Assembly: GCA_963697285.1 (NCBI GenBank)
Contig: CAVONI010000011.1
Location: 1,476,697 to 1,540,696, forward strand
Source: an uncultured Acidobacteriota bacterium
GTDB lineage: Bacteria > Acidobacteriota > Vicinamibacteria > Vicinamibacterales > JAFNAJ01
Direction of reading: 5' to 3'
Length of the DNA: 64,000 nt
The notes beneath the pieces were generated by a model. That model made no database searches. It worked only from the letters and a program-made list of their open reading frames with translations, and was not told where the DNA came from. This document shows positions 45,187 through 54,638 of the stretch, one piece after another. The position numbers and the translations under genes are program-made. Position 1 is the stretch's first letter; each line of letters begins with the position of its first letter.

Positions 45187-45469
45187 GTTCGCCACTAGTT
45201 CAATTGTCGTGCCGACCGCCGTGGCGGGCATCGCGCAGTTGCTGCCTGTTGATCGAGACCTGCGTGCGCAAGCCCCTCGCAGCCCCAGATCACAGTTCTG
45301 TCACGACACCCACGAGTCTGGTGGGTTGACGGCTCGCCCGGGCTCCGTGTCCCAGCCCCATGCTGCGCGATAGGCCACGTTCCAGCCCCAGCTGCGCGCG
45401 GACGCTCTGGCGTCGATCATGCTCACAGGCCGGGTGCGCGAATCGACTGAAGCGCCCTGGAGGTTGACG

Positions 45470-46033
45470 ATGTGTACCCGAACACCACTGCTGGCGCTGG
45501 GCGTGCTGCTGCTGATTGCCGTCGCCACGCCGGCTGCCGCGCAGCCCTCGCTGGCCGATGTCGCGCGCCAGGAAGCCGCTCGCCGGAAGGGCGCCGGCAC
45601 CAGCGCGAAGGTCTACACGAACAAGGACGTCAACAGGGGGCGGCCGCTGACGACCGCCGCAGCAACCACAAACGCGCCGGCGCCCCCCGCTGCTGCGGCC
45701 CCGGAAAGGGCCGTCGCACCCGACGGCGGAGCCAGCGAAGGAACGGCTTCAGCGCCGTCACCCACGGATCCGCGCCTGGCGGGGCTCCAGGAGCAACTCG
45801 CGAGCCTCACCGATGCAGCGGCGAAAGCGCTCGGCGAGGCCGACAAGCTGAATGCCACCATCGTCAACCTGTTCGACGAGAACCAGAGGCGGATGGCGAT
45901 TGAGCACCGCGACCAGCAGCTGACCGACTACCACCTTCGGCAAGCCCAGATCGAACAGGTCACGAAGCAGATCGGCGAGCTCCAGAACGGACGCGACGTG
46001 CCGTCGACCGCGAAGCCGCCACAGCCGCGTTGA
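45470..46033 (+). CDS. Secreted coiled-coil protein (hypothetical)
   Basis: Internal ATG MCTRTPLLALGVLLLIAVATPAAAQ (signal peptide), an Ala/Pro-rich linker, then a helical C-terminus (LQEQLASLTDAAAKALGEADKLN...QIEQVTKQIGELQ). Confidence 0.5.
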   Translation: MCTRTPLLALGVLLLIAVATPAAAQPSLADVARQEAARRKGAGTSAKVYTNKDVNRGRPLTTAAATTNAPAPPAAAAPERAVAPDGGASEGTASAPSPTDPRLAGLQEQLASLTDAAAKALGEADKLNATIVNLFDENQRRMAIEHRDQQLTDYHLRQAQIEQVTKQIGELQNGRDVPSTAKPPQPR

Positions 46034-46061
46034 CGGACGCATCGGGTACAATCCACGCCCG

Positions 46062-46976
46062 ATGGCCACTGCATCGCGTAACGTGCTCCTCTGGGTCCTC
46101 ACGGTCGTCCTCGTTGCCGCTGCCGTCGTGTACCAGCGCCGCACCGGACCCACCTATCCCTATCGCACCACGATCACGGTCAACCAGGACGAGCGCGTGC
46201 CTGCGCGACTCATCCGGAGCGCCGAGACGTCACATGACGCCGAGGTGATCGTGCCGTCGCCGGGCGGCGCCGTGAGCGGCACCATGTTCTGGCGCCGCTA
46301 TCCCACCAGCGAGCCATGGAGTACCGTGCCGATGGTGCTCCGGACGATCGAGGGCGGCGTCACCCAGCTCACGGCGACGCTCCCGCGGCAGGCCGCCGCC
46401 GGCAAGCTCGAGTACCGGCTCGAACTGGCGAGTCCCGCCGGTGCGCAGCGCGTGCCGGCGACGCCGAATGCCGACGGCGAAGACCTCGTGATGCGCTTCA
46501 AGGATCCGGTGCCCGCCCTGGTTCTCGTGCCGCACGTCGTGATGATGTTCCTGGCCCTGTTGCTGGGCCTCCGCGCAGGTCTCGGTGCGGTCGTCGGCAT
46601 GGACGGCTGGCAGCGCTACGTGGGCGTCACGGCCTGCTGCATGACGCTCGGCGGGATGGTTCTGGGCCCCCTCGTCCAGAAGTACGCGTTTGGCGCGTAC
46701 TGGACGGGATTCCCCGTCGGGTCGGATCTGACCGACAACAAGATGCTCGCGCAGTGGATCGGCTGGTTGCTGACGTGGCTGGCCACCGGCACCCCGATCG
46801 TCGCCCTGAAGCGCTGGGGCCGGCCACTGGCGATCATCACGACGCTGATCATGCTGAGCGTGTACCTGATTCCGCACTCGATGCGCGGCAGCCAGCTCGA
46901 CTACGCGAAGCTCGAGAAGATGCAGCAGCAAGGCCCCGTCGACCCCCGCAAGGCGATCGGCACCTCGGATCGGTAG
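46062..46976 (+). CDS. Integral membrane protein (hypothetical)
   Basis: An N-terminal TM helix, a ~140-aa extracytoplasmic domain, then about 4 C-terminal TM helices. No family recognised. Confidence 0.55.
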   Translation: MATASRNVLLWVLTVVLVAAAVVYQRRTGPTYPYRTTITVNQDERVPARLIRSAETSHDAEVIVPSPGGAVSGTMFWRRYPTSEPWSTVPMVLRTIEGGVTQLTATLPRQAAAGKLEYRLELASPAGAQRVPATPNADGEDLVMRFKDPVPALVLVPHVVMMFLALLLGLRAGLGAVVGMDGWQRYVGVTACCMTLGGMVLGPLVQKYAFGAYWTGFPVGSDLTDNKMLAQWIGWLLTWLATGTPIVALKRWGRPLAIITTLIMLSVYLIPHSMRGSQLDYAKLEKMQQQGPVDPRKAIGTSDR

Positions 46977-46982
46977 CACCAA

Positions 46983-47016
46983 GGGGTCACATCTTTCATT
47001 GGCGGTATTGTTGGAC
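46983..47016 (-). repeat. AT-loop palindromic element, degenerate copy D (one arm only)
   Basis: Sequence GGGGTCACATCTTTCATTGGCGGTATTGTTGGAC. It shares the arm and half of the loop with copies E/F. It lies in the 43-bp gap between two co-directional genes. Confidence 0.6.
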
Positions 47017-47019
47017 GCC

Positions 47020-48618
47020 ATGACTCGAGCCGTCCTTCGTCACGTCGCATTGTCCGCGTCGGTGCTCGGCGCAGCCGCCACGCTCAGCCTGCAGGCCCAG
47101 GCGCCCGCCGCGACCCCCGCCCCGGTGACTTGGGCGCGCGGCATCGAGGGCCAGCGGCGCGCAGATCTCGGCAACGGGATGTTCCTCAATCCGATCGTCG
47201 CGGGCGATCATCCCGATCCCAGCATCCTCAAGGACGGCCGCGACTACTACATGACGTTCTCGTCGTTCGACGCGTATCCGGGCCTCGTCGTCTGGCATTC
47301 GCGCGACCTCGTGAACTGGACGCCGATCGGGCCGACGCTGGTGAAGAACGTCGGCTCGGTGTGGGCTCCCGACCTGATCAAGCACAACGGCCGCTACTTC
47401 ATCTACTTTCCCGGCATCGGCAAGACGTATCGCTCGAACTACGTGATCTGGGCCGACGCGATCACCGGCCCGTGGAGCGATCCGATCGACCTGCAGATCG
47501 GGCGGATCGATCCCGGGCACATTGTGGACGACGCGGGCAACCGGTTCCTGTTCCTGAGCGGGGGGTTCATGGTGCCGCTGGCGCCTGACGGCTTGTCGGT
47601 CACGCGCGCGATCAAGAAGGTCTACGACGGATGGCAGTATCCCGACGACTGGGTCGTCGAGGGCTTCGCCCAGGAAGGGCCGAAGATGCTCAGGCGCGGC
47701 GGCTACTACTACCAGGTGCTCGCGGAGGGCGGGACGGCGGGGCCGCCGACGAGCCACATGGTCATCGCGGCGCGCGCAAAGGCCCTCGAGGGGCCGTGGG
47801 AGAACTCGCCGTACAACGCGATCATCCGCACCAAGTCGGCTGCCGAACGCTGGTGGTCGAAGGGCCACGCCACGCTCGTCGAAGGTCCGGACGGCAAATG
47901 GTATGTCGTCTATCACGCCTACGAGAACGGCTTCTACAACCTTGGACGGCAGACCCTGCTCCAGCCCGTCGAGTGGACGGACGACGGATGGTTCAAGGCC
48001 GCGGACGTCGACGTGGACGGGCCGCTGGCGAAGCCGTCGGGCGGCGAGGCGCTCGGGCACGGGCAGGCCCTGAGCGACGACTTCACGACCGACAAGATGG
48101 GCGTGCAGTGGAGCTTCTACGACGGGACCGACGCCGACCAGGCCCGCGTGCGGCGCGAGAACGGCACGCTCGTCCTCGCGGCCAGGGGAACGACGCCGAA
48201 AGACAGCGCACCACTGTGGTTCGTCACCGGTGACCACGCCTACGAAATCCAGGTCGAGGTCGACATCGATCCGGGGGCCACCGCGGGCGTGCTCGTCTTC
48301 TACAACAGCCGCCTCTACGCCGGGCTGGGCTATTCCGACAAGGAGTTCATCATGCACCGGTACGGCATGGAGCGCGCCTCGGCGAAGCCCACGCACCTCG
48401 CGCGCACCGTGCACATGCGGCTGACCAACGACCGCCACATCCTCACGCTGCACACGAGTGGCGACGGCAAGACGTGGGATCGCTATCCCACCCGGATGGA
48501 AGTGTCGGGGTACCACCACAACGTGATGTACGACTTCCTCAGCCTGCGCCCGGCGATTTACGCGGCAGGCACCGGCAACGTGCGCTTCAGGAATTTCAGG
48601 TACCGTGCGCTGCCCTGA
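47020..48618 (+). CDS. Glycoside hydrolase family 43 (beta-xylosidase/alpha-L-arabinofuranosidase-like) with C-terminal lectin-like domain
   Basis: Signal peptide, then NPIVAGDHPDPSILKDGRDYYMTFSSF...VWAPDLIKHNGRYFIYFP...EGPKMLRRGGYYY, typical GH43 blocks. Confidence 0.85.
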   Translation: MTRAVLRHVALSASVLGAAATLSLQAQAPAATPAPVTWARGIEGQRRADLGNGMFLNPIVAGDHPDPSILKDGRDYYMTFSSFDAYPGLVVWHSRDLVNWTPIGPTLVKNVGSVWAPDLIKHNGRYFIYFPGIGKTYRSNYVIWADAITGPWSDPIDLQIGRIDPGHIVDDAGNRFLFLSGGFMVPLAPDGLSVTRAIKKVYDGWQYPDDWVVEGFAQEGPKMLRRGGYYYQVLAEGGTAGPPTSHMVIAARAKALEGPWENSPYNAIIRTKSAAERWWSKGHATLVEGPDGKWYVVYHAYENGFYNLGRQTLLQPVEWTDDGWFKAADVDVDGPLAKPSGGEALGHGQALSDDFTTDKMGVQWSFYDGTDADQARVRRENGTLVLAARGTTPKDSAPLWFVTGDHAYEIQVEVDIDPGATAGVLVFYNSRLYAGLGYSDKEFIMHRYGMERASAKPTHLARTVHMRLTNDRHILTLHTSGDGKTWDRYPTRMEVSGYHHNVMYDFLSLRPAIYAAGTGNVRFRNFRYRALP

Positions 48619-48642
48619 TGCCGGCAGGCCGCGCGGTCCCGC

Positions 48643-49725
48643 GTGTCTGCATGGGGATGGTGCGTGTCGTCGTTGACGCTGCTCGCCGGGCCGGAGGCCA
48701 TGCGCCACATCCGCGAGCGCGGGTTGCAGGCGGGCGACGTGTCGCTGGTGGCGGCCGCATCGGGCGGCCCCAAGTGGCTGGTGCTATCGGGTGTCGATCG
48801 GTTCCTGCTCGGCGAGTGGCTGCTGCAGCCGCGCACCACGCCGTTGCACCTCGTGGGGTCGTCCATCGGTAGTTGGCGCATGGCGTGCCTGGCGCAGCGG
48901 GATCCGCTTGGGGCGCTGACCCGCACCCGCGAGGCGTACATCGGGCAGCGGTATCCGCCGAGGCCATCCGCGGCGCTGGTCAGCGAGACGAGCGCGCGCA
49001 TCCTCGATGTGCTGCTCGGGGCGACCGGCAGCGACGAGATCCTGTCGCACCCGTGGATGCGGCTGCACGTGATTGCCGCGCAGTGCCGCGGGCTCACCGC
49101 GAGCGAACTCCGGCAGATGCAGTTCGCGGGGTTCGCCCTCGTGGCCTCGATGAACGTGATTGCGCGTCGCTCGCTCGGCTGGCACATGACGCGTGTGCTC
49201 TTCCATGCCGCCGGCGACGCTGGTCCATTGCGAGCGCTCGCCGACCTGCCCACGCGGCACGTGGCGCTCACGCACGAGAACCTCGCGCCGGCCCTGCTCG
49301 CGTCGGGATCCATCCCGCTCGTGATGGCAGGCGTGCGCGTCCCGGGCATGGCGCGACTTCCATGCCGCGACGGCGGGCTCACCGATTACCACCTGGACCT
49401 CGACTACGACATGGACGCGGGGCTGGTGCTCTATCCGCACTTCTCGTCGGAAGTCATCACCGGCTGGTTCGATCGCTCGCTGCCGTGGCGACGCGCCCGC
49501 CAGACGCTGCGCCGCACGCTGCTCATCGCGCCGTCGCCGCAGTTCGTGGCCACGTTGCCGGGCGGCAAGATCCCCGACCGCGGCGACTTCTACACGATGG
49601 ATGACGACACGCGGGTGCGCACGTGGCGCACGGTGGTGTCGGCCAGCGAGCGCATGGGCGACGAGTTGCGCGACCTGGTCGCGTCGGGGCGGTTGGCAGA
49701 CGCCGTGCAGCCGCTGCCAGCCTGA
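48643..49725 (+). CDS. Patatin-like phospholipase family protein
   Basis: Oxyanion-like block AASGGPKW, GxSxG block GSSIGSW, and a late DGG block (CRDGGLTDYH). The start (GTG 48643) is uncertain. Confidence 0.65.
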   Translation: MSAWGWCVSSLTLLAGPEAMRHIRERGLQAGDVSLVAAASGGPKWLVLSGVDRFLLGEWLLQPRTTPLHLVGSSIGSWRMACLAQRDPLGALTRTREAYIGQRYPPRPSAALVSETSARILDVLLGATGSDEILSHPWMRLHVIAAQCRGLTASELRQMQFAGFALVASMNVIARRSLGWHMTRVLFHAAGDAGPLRALADLPTRHVALTHENLAPALLASGSIPLVMAGVRVPGMARLPCRDGGLTDYHLDLDYDMDAGLVLYPHFSSEVITGWFDRSLPWRRARQTLRRTLLIAPSPQFVATLPGGKIPDRGDFYTMDDDTRVRTWRTVVSASERMGDELRDLVASGRLADAVQPLPA

Positions 49726-49791
49726 ATTGGTCATGCCACTCGTTGATATCATCGGCGGCATCGGCCTATAGCTGCCCGTCGAAGGAGCGAT

Positions 49792-51423
49792 ATGTCACGC
49801 CAGCACCGATCCACGTCCGTTCACGCTCTTCCTCGTCGTGCCGTGCTGCGTGGGCTCGCGGCAGGCGCCGGCTCGGCCGCGGTATCGGCGTGGGCGCCGA
49901 ACGCACTCGACCTCGTGCTGCGTGCGCAGGGCGACGGCCCCGTGGCACAGACGACAGCTGGCAGGATCCGCGGGTTCACGAGCAGCGGCATCCATGTGTT
50001 CAAGGGCGTGCGGTACGGCGCAGACACCGCCCCGCCGCGTCGCTTTCTCCCCCCGATTCCGCCGGCAGCCTGGGACGGCGTGCGCGACGCGACCACGTTC
50101 GGCCTCATCGCGCCACGCCCCGGGAGCAGCGAGCCGACGAGCGAAGACTGCCTGCACCTGAACCTGTGGACACCGGCCTTGCGCGACGGAAGGAAGCGTC
50201 CCGTGATGGTGTGGTTCCACCCCGGCGCGTTCTCCGGTGGACACAGCAATGACATCGACACCGACGGCACGCGGCTCGCGAAGCGCGGCGACGTCGTGGT
50301 CGTCACCGTCAACCACCGGATCAATGCCTTCGGCTACCTGTATCTCGCGGAGTTCGGCGGACCAGACCTGGCCGACTCCGGCAACGTCGGGATGCTCGAC
50401 CTCGTGCTCGCGCTGCGGTGGGTGCGCGACAACATCACCGAGTTCGGCGGCGATCCCGGGTGCGTGACGATTTTCGGGCAATCGGGTGGCGGCGCGAAGT
50501 CGGCCGTGCTGATGGCGATGCCTTCGGCACGAGGGCTCTTCCACCGCGTCATCACGCAGAGCGGCCAGCAGATCACGGCGAGCCGCACGACCACGGCGAC
50601 GTTGCATGCCAGGCAGTTGCTCGACGCGCTGACGCTCACGCCCGACAAAGTGAACGCACTGCGGACGCTGCCGATGGCTGCCCTCGCGAAGGTGGCACGG
50701 GCCCCGCGCTATCTCGGCCCGGTCAAGGACGGACGCTCGGTCCCGCGCGATCCGTTCGATCCCGATGCTCCGCCGTTGTCGGCCGACATCCCGATGATCC
50801 TCGGCAACACCCACGACGAGACGCGCGGGCTCATCGGGCGCGCCAATCCGACGCTCTTCGCGTTGACGTGGGAGCAGGTACCCGCGGCGCTCGACACGCA
50901 CATCCCCCAGTTTCTCGGCACGCTCGACCGCCGCGCCATCGTCGAGAGCTATCGGGCGTGGTATCCGCAGTACTCACCCGCTGACGTGTTCTTCGCGGCC
51001 ACGACGGCCGCACGCTCGTGGCGAGGACAGGTCATCGAAGCCAACCGCCGCGCCGTGCAGCCGAAAGGATCGGCGCCCACCTACGTGTTCCAGCTCGATT
51101 GGCGATCGCCGGAGGATGGCGGCAAGTGGGGGGCGTACCACGGTCTCGACGTGCCGCTGTGCTTCGACAACGTGCCGCTCGTGGCTGACCGGCTCGGAAG
51201 CGACGCCGACGCACAGAAGGTGGCCGACCAGATGGCCGACACCTGGATCGCGTTCGCGCGCACCGGCAATCCCAATAATCCCCGGATCCCCACGTGGCCG
51301 CCGTACGACCTCGAGAGCCGCTCGACGCTGGTGATCAACGCCACCTCGAGGATCGAGAACGACCCTCGCGGCCACGAACGCCGCCTGTTCGACCCGGTGG
51401 CGTACGTCCAGCCCGGAACGTAG
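49792..51423 (+). CDS. Type-B carboxylesterase/lipase with TAT-type signal
   Basis: N-terminus RRAVLRGLAAGAGSAAVSAWA. Blocks EDCLHLNLWTP and nucleophile FGQSGGGA are present. Confidence 0.9.
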   Translation: MSRQHRSTSVHALPRRAVLRGLAAGAGSAAVSAWAPNALDLVLRAQGDGPVAQTTAGRIRGFTSSGIHVFKGVRYGADTAPPRRFLPPIPPAAWDGVRDATTFGLIAPRPGSSEPTSEDCLHLNLWTPALRDGRKRPVMVWFHPGAFSGGHSNDIDTDGTRLAKRGDVVVVTVNHRINAFGYLYLAEFGGPDLADSGNVGMLDLVLALRWVRDNITEFGGDPGCVTIFGQSGGGAKSAVLMAMPSARGLFHRVITQSGQQITASRTTTATLHARQLLDALTLTPDKVNALRTLPMAALAKVARAPRYLGPVKDGRSVPRDPFDPDAPPLSADIPMILGNTHDETRGLIGRANPTLFALTWEQVPAALDTHIPQFLGTLDRRAIVESYRAWYPQYSPADVFFAATTAARSWRGQVIEANRRAVQPKGSAPTYVFQLDWRSPEDGGKWGAYHGLDVPLCFDNVPLVADRLGSDADAQKVADQMADTWIAFARTGNPNNPRIPTWPPYDLESRSTLVINATSRIENDPRGHERRLFDPVAYVQPGT

Positions 51424-51432
51424 GCCCCCAAA

Positions 51433-51528
51433 GGGGTCACGTCTTTCATTGCAGCGTTTTTCAAGACGTGGCCCCTGGTCGACAAGGAGTCAGATCTTGA
51501 TTAATGCTGCAATGAAAGATGTGACCCC
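51433..51528. repeat. Two AT-loop palindromic elements (copies E and F) in inverted orientation
   Basis: E is 51433-51475, GGGGTCACGTCTTTCATTGCAGCGTTTTTCAAGACGTGGCCCC. F is 51487-51528, GGAGTCAGATCTTGATTAATGCTGCAATGAAAGATGTGACCCC. Both lie between convergent genes. Confidence 0.85.
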
Positions 51529-51540
51529 TTCGGCTGTTGG

Positions 51541-52593
51541 TCAGCAGATGCGGGGGAGCAGTTCGCCTTCGGGTTCGGCCACCAGGCGCCGGCCGAAGCC
51601 GGTGTCGAGGATGACGGTGCCGGGATAATCCGCGATCGCCGTGCCCACGATCGCCGCATCGCACCCGAGCGGATGGGCACGCAGCGCCGCCAGCACCGCA
51701 TCCGCCACGTCGGCCCGCACGCCAATCACCGCCTTGCCTTCGTTGGCCACTACCAGCGGGTCGATCCCGATCAGGTCGGCCGCAGCAGCCACCTGTGCAC
51801 GGATCGGCAGCGACGCCTCGTCGAGCACGATCCCCACCCTGGCCTTCTCGGCCATCTCGTGCAGGGCACTGGCCACGCCTCCACGCGTGGGATCCTTCAT
51901 GGCGACAATCCCCTCACCGCCCGTCGCCATGGCCGCGCGGATCATGTGGTTGATCGGTGCCACGTCAGACGCCAGCGCCCCGGTCAGCTCGAGGTTGTGG
52001 CGCGCGGCCATGATCGCCATGCCGTGGTCGCCAATCGTCCCAGTGATGATGATGCGATCCCCCGCGCTCAGGCCGCGGTCACGCACCAGCTGCGAGGTCA
52101 GCCCGATACCCGTCGTGTTGAGAATGATGCCGTCGATCTCGCCCCGTCCCATCACCTTCGTGTCGCCGGTCACGATCGGGACCCCGGCCTCGCGCGCCGC
52201 CGCGAGCATCGAGTCGTGGATGCGCGTCAGGACGTCGACCGGGAAGCCCTCTTCGAGGACGACGGCGCACGTGATGCCGAGCGGTTCGGTCGCACCCATC
52301 ATCGCGAGGTCGTTGACCGTACCCGATACCGACAACCGGCCGATGTCACCACCGGGGAACTCCACGGGCTTGATGACGTGCGAATCGGTGGTCATCACCA
52401 GCCACTGGTCGCCAATCCTGAATGCCGCCCCGTCGTCGAACGCGTCGAGCCCCACCATCGTGTCGGTGGAGGGCGTGAGGTCGCGCGCGAAGATACGGTT
52501 GATGAGCGTGCGCATCGCACGCCCCCCTGCGCCGTGCCGCATCAGGACGACATCGTCGAGGCGCGGCAGGGGTGCGGTCGGCAGCTTGGTCAT
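51541..52593 (-). CDS. hypE: Hydrogenase maturation protein HypE
   Basis: Block RHGAGGRAM, PurM-like fold blocks, and the diagnostic C-terminus ...LLPRIC*. Confidence 0.9.
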   Translation of the reverse strand: MTKLPTAPLPRLDDVVLMRHGAGGRAMRTLINRIFARDLTPSTDTMVGLDAFDDGAAFRIGDQWLVMTTDSHVIKPVEFPGGDIGRLSVSGTVNDLAMMGATEPLGITCAVVLEEGFPVDVLTRIHDSMLAAAREAGVPIVTGDTKVMGRGEIDGIILNTTGIGLTSQLVRDRGLSAGDRIIITGTIGDHGMAIMAARHNLELTGALASDVAPINHMIRAAMATGGEGIVAMKDPTRGGVASALHEMAEKARVGIVLDEASLPIRAQVAAAADLIGIDPLVVANEGKAVIGVRADVADAVLAALRAHPLGCDAAIVGTAIADYPGTVILDTGFGRRLVAEPEGELLPRIC

Positions 52594-52611
52594 CGCGTCA
52601 CCTCGGCGAGG

Positions 52612-53751
52612 TCAGGGCGGCCCCCGGTACTGAAACCATATCTTGCAGGTGCCTTCGCTGCTCACCATGCACGCGCCGACGGGCGCCTCGGGCACGCACG
52701 TCGTTCCGAAGATCGTGCAGTCGCGCGGTGTCTTCCGTCCGACCATGATGTCGCCGCAGATGCACGCGGTGGCCACCGCGGGGGTCGATGCCTCGCGGAT
52801 CCCCGCGATGCCGTGGCGCAGGCGCGCATCCGCGTGCGACCACTCGGGCCGCAGCACGAGGTTGCCGTCGGGCACCCAGGCGATGCCGCGCCAGTGTCCT
52901 CCCCCGAGCGCGAACACGTCCCAGAGCTGGGCCTGCGCGTTGCGGTTGCCCGTCTCGGTGACACACCGCGGATACATGTTCACGACCGCGTCGGATTCGT
53001 CGCGCACCAGTTCCACCAGCTTGAGGATGGCTGCGAGGATGTCGAGCGGCTCGAAGCCGGCGACGACCACCGGCGTGTGATGCCGGCGTGCGAGCGGCTC
53101 GAAGAGCTTCCATCCGGTGATCACCGCCGCGTGCCCCGCAGCGAGAAAGCCCGCGATCTTCGTGTCGGGCAGTGCAGCCACGAGTTCCATCGCGGGCGGC
53201 ACGTACTTGTGCGCCGAGAGCACGGTGAAGTTCTCGGGCACGCCCTGCAGCAGGGTCGCGGCGGTGGCGACCGCCGTGGTCTCGAACCCGGTCGCGAAGA
53301 ACGCGACCTCGTCGCCGGTGGTGCGTGCGATGTCGACGGCCTGTGCGACGCTGTAGATCACGTCAACCGTCGCCCCGGCGGCCTGGGCGTCGGCCAACGA
53401 CCTCGTCGTCCCGGGCACGCGCATCATGTCGCCGTAGGTCGCGACACGGATGCCCTTGTCGGCGAGCGCCACGGCCTCGTCGACCTCGGGCATGTCGGTG
53501 ATGCACACCGGGCACCCCGGGCCCATGATGACGTCGAGCTTCTTCGGGAGGATGGCGCGCAGCCCGAACCGCGCGATCGCCTGCTCGTGGCTGCCGCAGA
53601 CGTGCATCACGGCCACGCGGTCGCGGTCGATGTCGGCGACCACCCGGTCGATGGCCTTCGCGAGTTCGGCGGCACGGACGGGATCGCGGAACTTCAGCTC
53701 GCCCGCGCCGCGCGGACGATCACTGGCGGTCACGGGTACGCTCCGTGGCAC
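52612..53751 (-). CDS. hypD: Hydrogenase maturation protein HypD
   Basis: Blocks VCGSHEQAI, GPGCPVCIT and FETT are present. The true start may be an internal GTG (53733/53739), because 53751 overlaps hypC by 32 bp. Confidence 0.9.
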   Translation of the reverse strand: MPRSVPVTASDRPRGAGELKFRDPVRAAELAKAIDRVVADIDRDRVAVMHVCGSHEQAIARFGLRAILPKKLDVIMGPGCPVCITDMPEVDEAVALADKGIRVATYGDMMRVPGTTRSLADAQAAGATVDVIYSVAQAVDIARTTGDEVAFFATGFETTAVATAATLLQGVPENFTVLSAHKYVPPAMELVAALPDTKIAGFLAAGHAAVITGWKLFEPLARRHHTPVVVAGFEPLDILAAILKLVELVRDESDAVVNMYPRCVTETGNRNAQAQLWDVFALGGGHWRGIAWVPDGNLVLRPEWSHADARLRHGIAGIREASTPAVATACICGDIMVGRKTPRDCTIFGTTCVPEAPVGACMVSSEGTCKIWFQYRGPP

Positions 53752-54013
53752 CGAGTTCGCCCTGGACGTCTGCCGCCATCAGGTCGTCGCTGTTGGCCTC
53801 GCGAATCAACTCCTCGTAGAGCGACAGCGTGCCCTCGATGTCGTCCTCGGGGATGCGTCGGATGGCGAATCCCACGTGGTTGAGGATGTAGTCGCCGACG
53901 GCGACCGGTTCGTCGACGAGTTCGAGGCGCACCTGCCGGCTCACTCCGAAGAAATCGACAATGGCCATGGGGCCGTGGATTTCGAGAATGCGACCTGGAA
54001 CACCTAGACACAT
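53720..54013 (-). CDS. hypC: Hydrogenase maturation chaperone HypC/HupF family
   Basis: The N-terminal MCLGVPGRILEI is diagnostic. 97 aa. Confidence 0.85.
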   Translation of the reverse strand: MCLGVPGRILEIHGPMAIVDFFGVSRQVRLELVDEPVAVGDYILNHVGFAIRRIPEDDIEGTLSLYEELIREANSDDLMAADVQGELGATERTRDRQ

Positions 54014-54133
54014 AGCGATCTCCCCCGTTGTCGGCGTGACATTCGCATAGCAAGCGCGTGGCCAGCGCGTTTGGCCGCGATCTGTTCGTGCGTCTGCCGA
54101 TTTTCCGTCACCTGCATCCTACGACACGTGCGC

Positions 54134-54625
54134 ATGTCAGACATCCCCGTTTCGCAACCCTCCAGACGCACCGTGCTTGCCCGCCTGCTGGGCGGCACGC
54201 TGGTCATGCCAACCCTTGGAAGCCTGGCGTGCAGGGGTGGCGCCGTCGCGGATCGTCCGACTGGCCCCCACGTGTCGCTCGTGTTGTCGCGCGTGCCGGA
54301 CGAAGGGCGCGTGGAGATCGACGTCGACGGGAACCCAATCGAGGTGCGTCGGTCTGGACGGACGCTCGAAGCACGCTCGCTGCTCTGCCCGCACATGGGA
54401 TGCCGGGTGGCCTGGGTGGACGTTGAGCAGCGGTACCACTGCCCGTGTCACGGCGGACGTTTCGATCGCGAGGGACGCGTGCTCGCCGGAGCTCCCACCC
54501 GCAGCCTGCACAGCGCGCCCGTCTACCTCGACGGCGACGTGATCACCGTCTACCAGGCGACGGGTGCGGTCGCGCCGGCCGGCCCTGGCGCAAGCACTGG
54601 CAGCAACCCGAACGGGCCCGCCTGA
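54134..54625 (+). CDS. Rieske [2Fe-2S] protein with TAT-like signal
   Basis: Internal ATG MSDIPVSQPSRRTVLARLLGG. Rieske motifs CPHMGC and CPCHGG are present. Confidence 0.8.
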   Translation: MSDIPVSQPSRRTVLARLLGGTLVMPTLGSLACRGGAVADRPTGPHVSLVLSRVPDEGRVEIDVDGNPIEVRRSGRTLEARSLLCPHMGCRVAWVDVEQRYHCPCHGGRFDREGRVLAGAPTRSLHSAPVYLDGDVITVYQATGAVAPAGPGASTGSNPNGPA

Positions 54626-54638
54626 ACGCCCTGTCGGC

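Noticed and set aside
45199-45214. Sigma54-type promoter on the minus strand (CGGCACGACAATTGAA) upstream of the pilin operon
   Set aside because: The -24 GGCAC element is good, but the -12 element is TTGA, not TTGC. The motif ends only ~13 nt before the ATG at 45186 and would lie inside the ORF if 45231 is the start. The evidence is too weak to annotate.
51541-54013. Calling this locus a hydrogenase gene cluster
   Set aside because: Only the maturation genes hypC, hypD and hypE are present. No structural hydrogenase genes are visible in the window.
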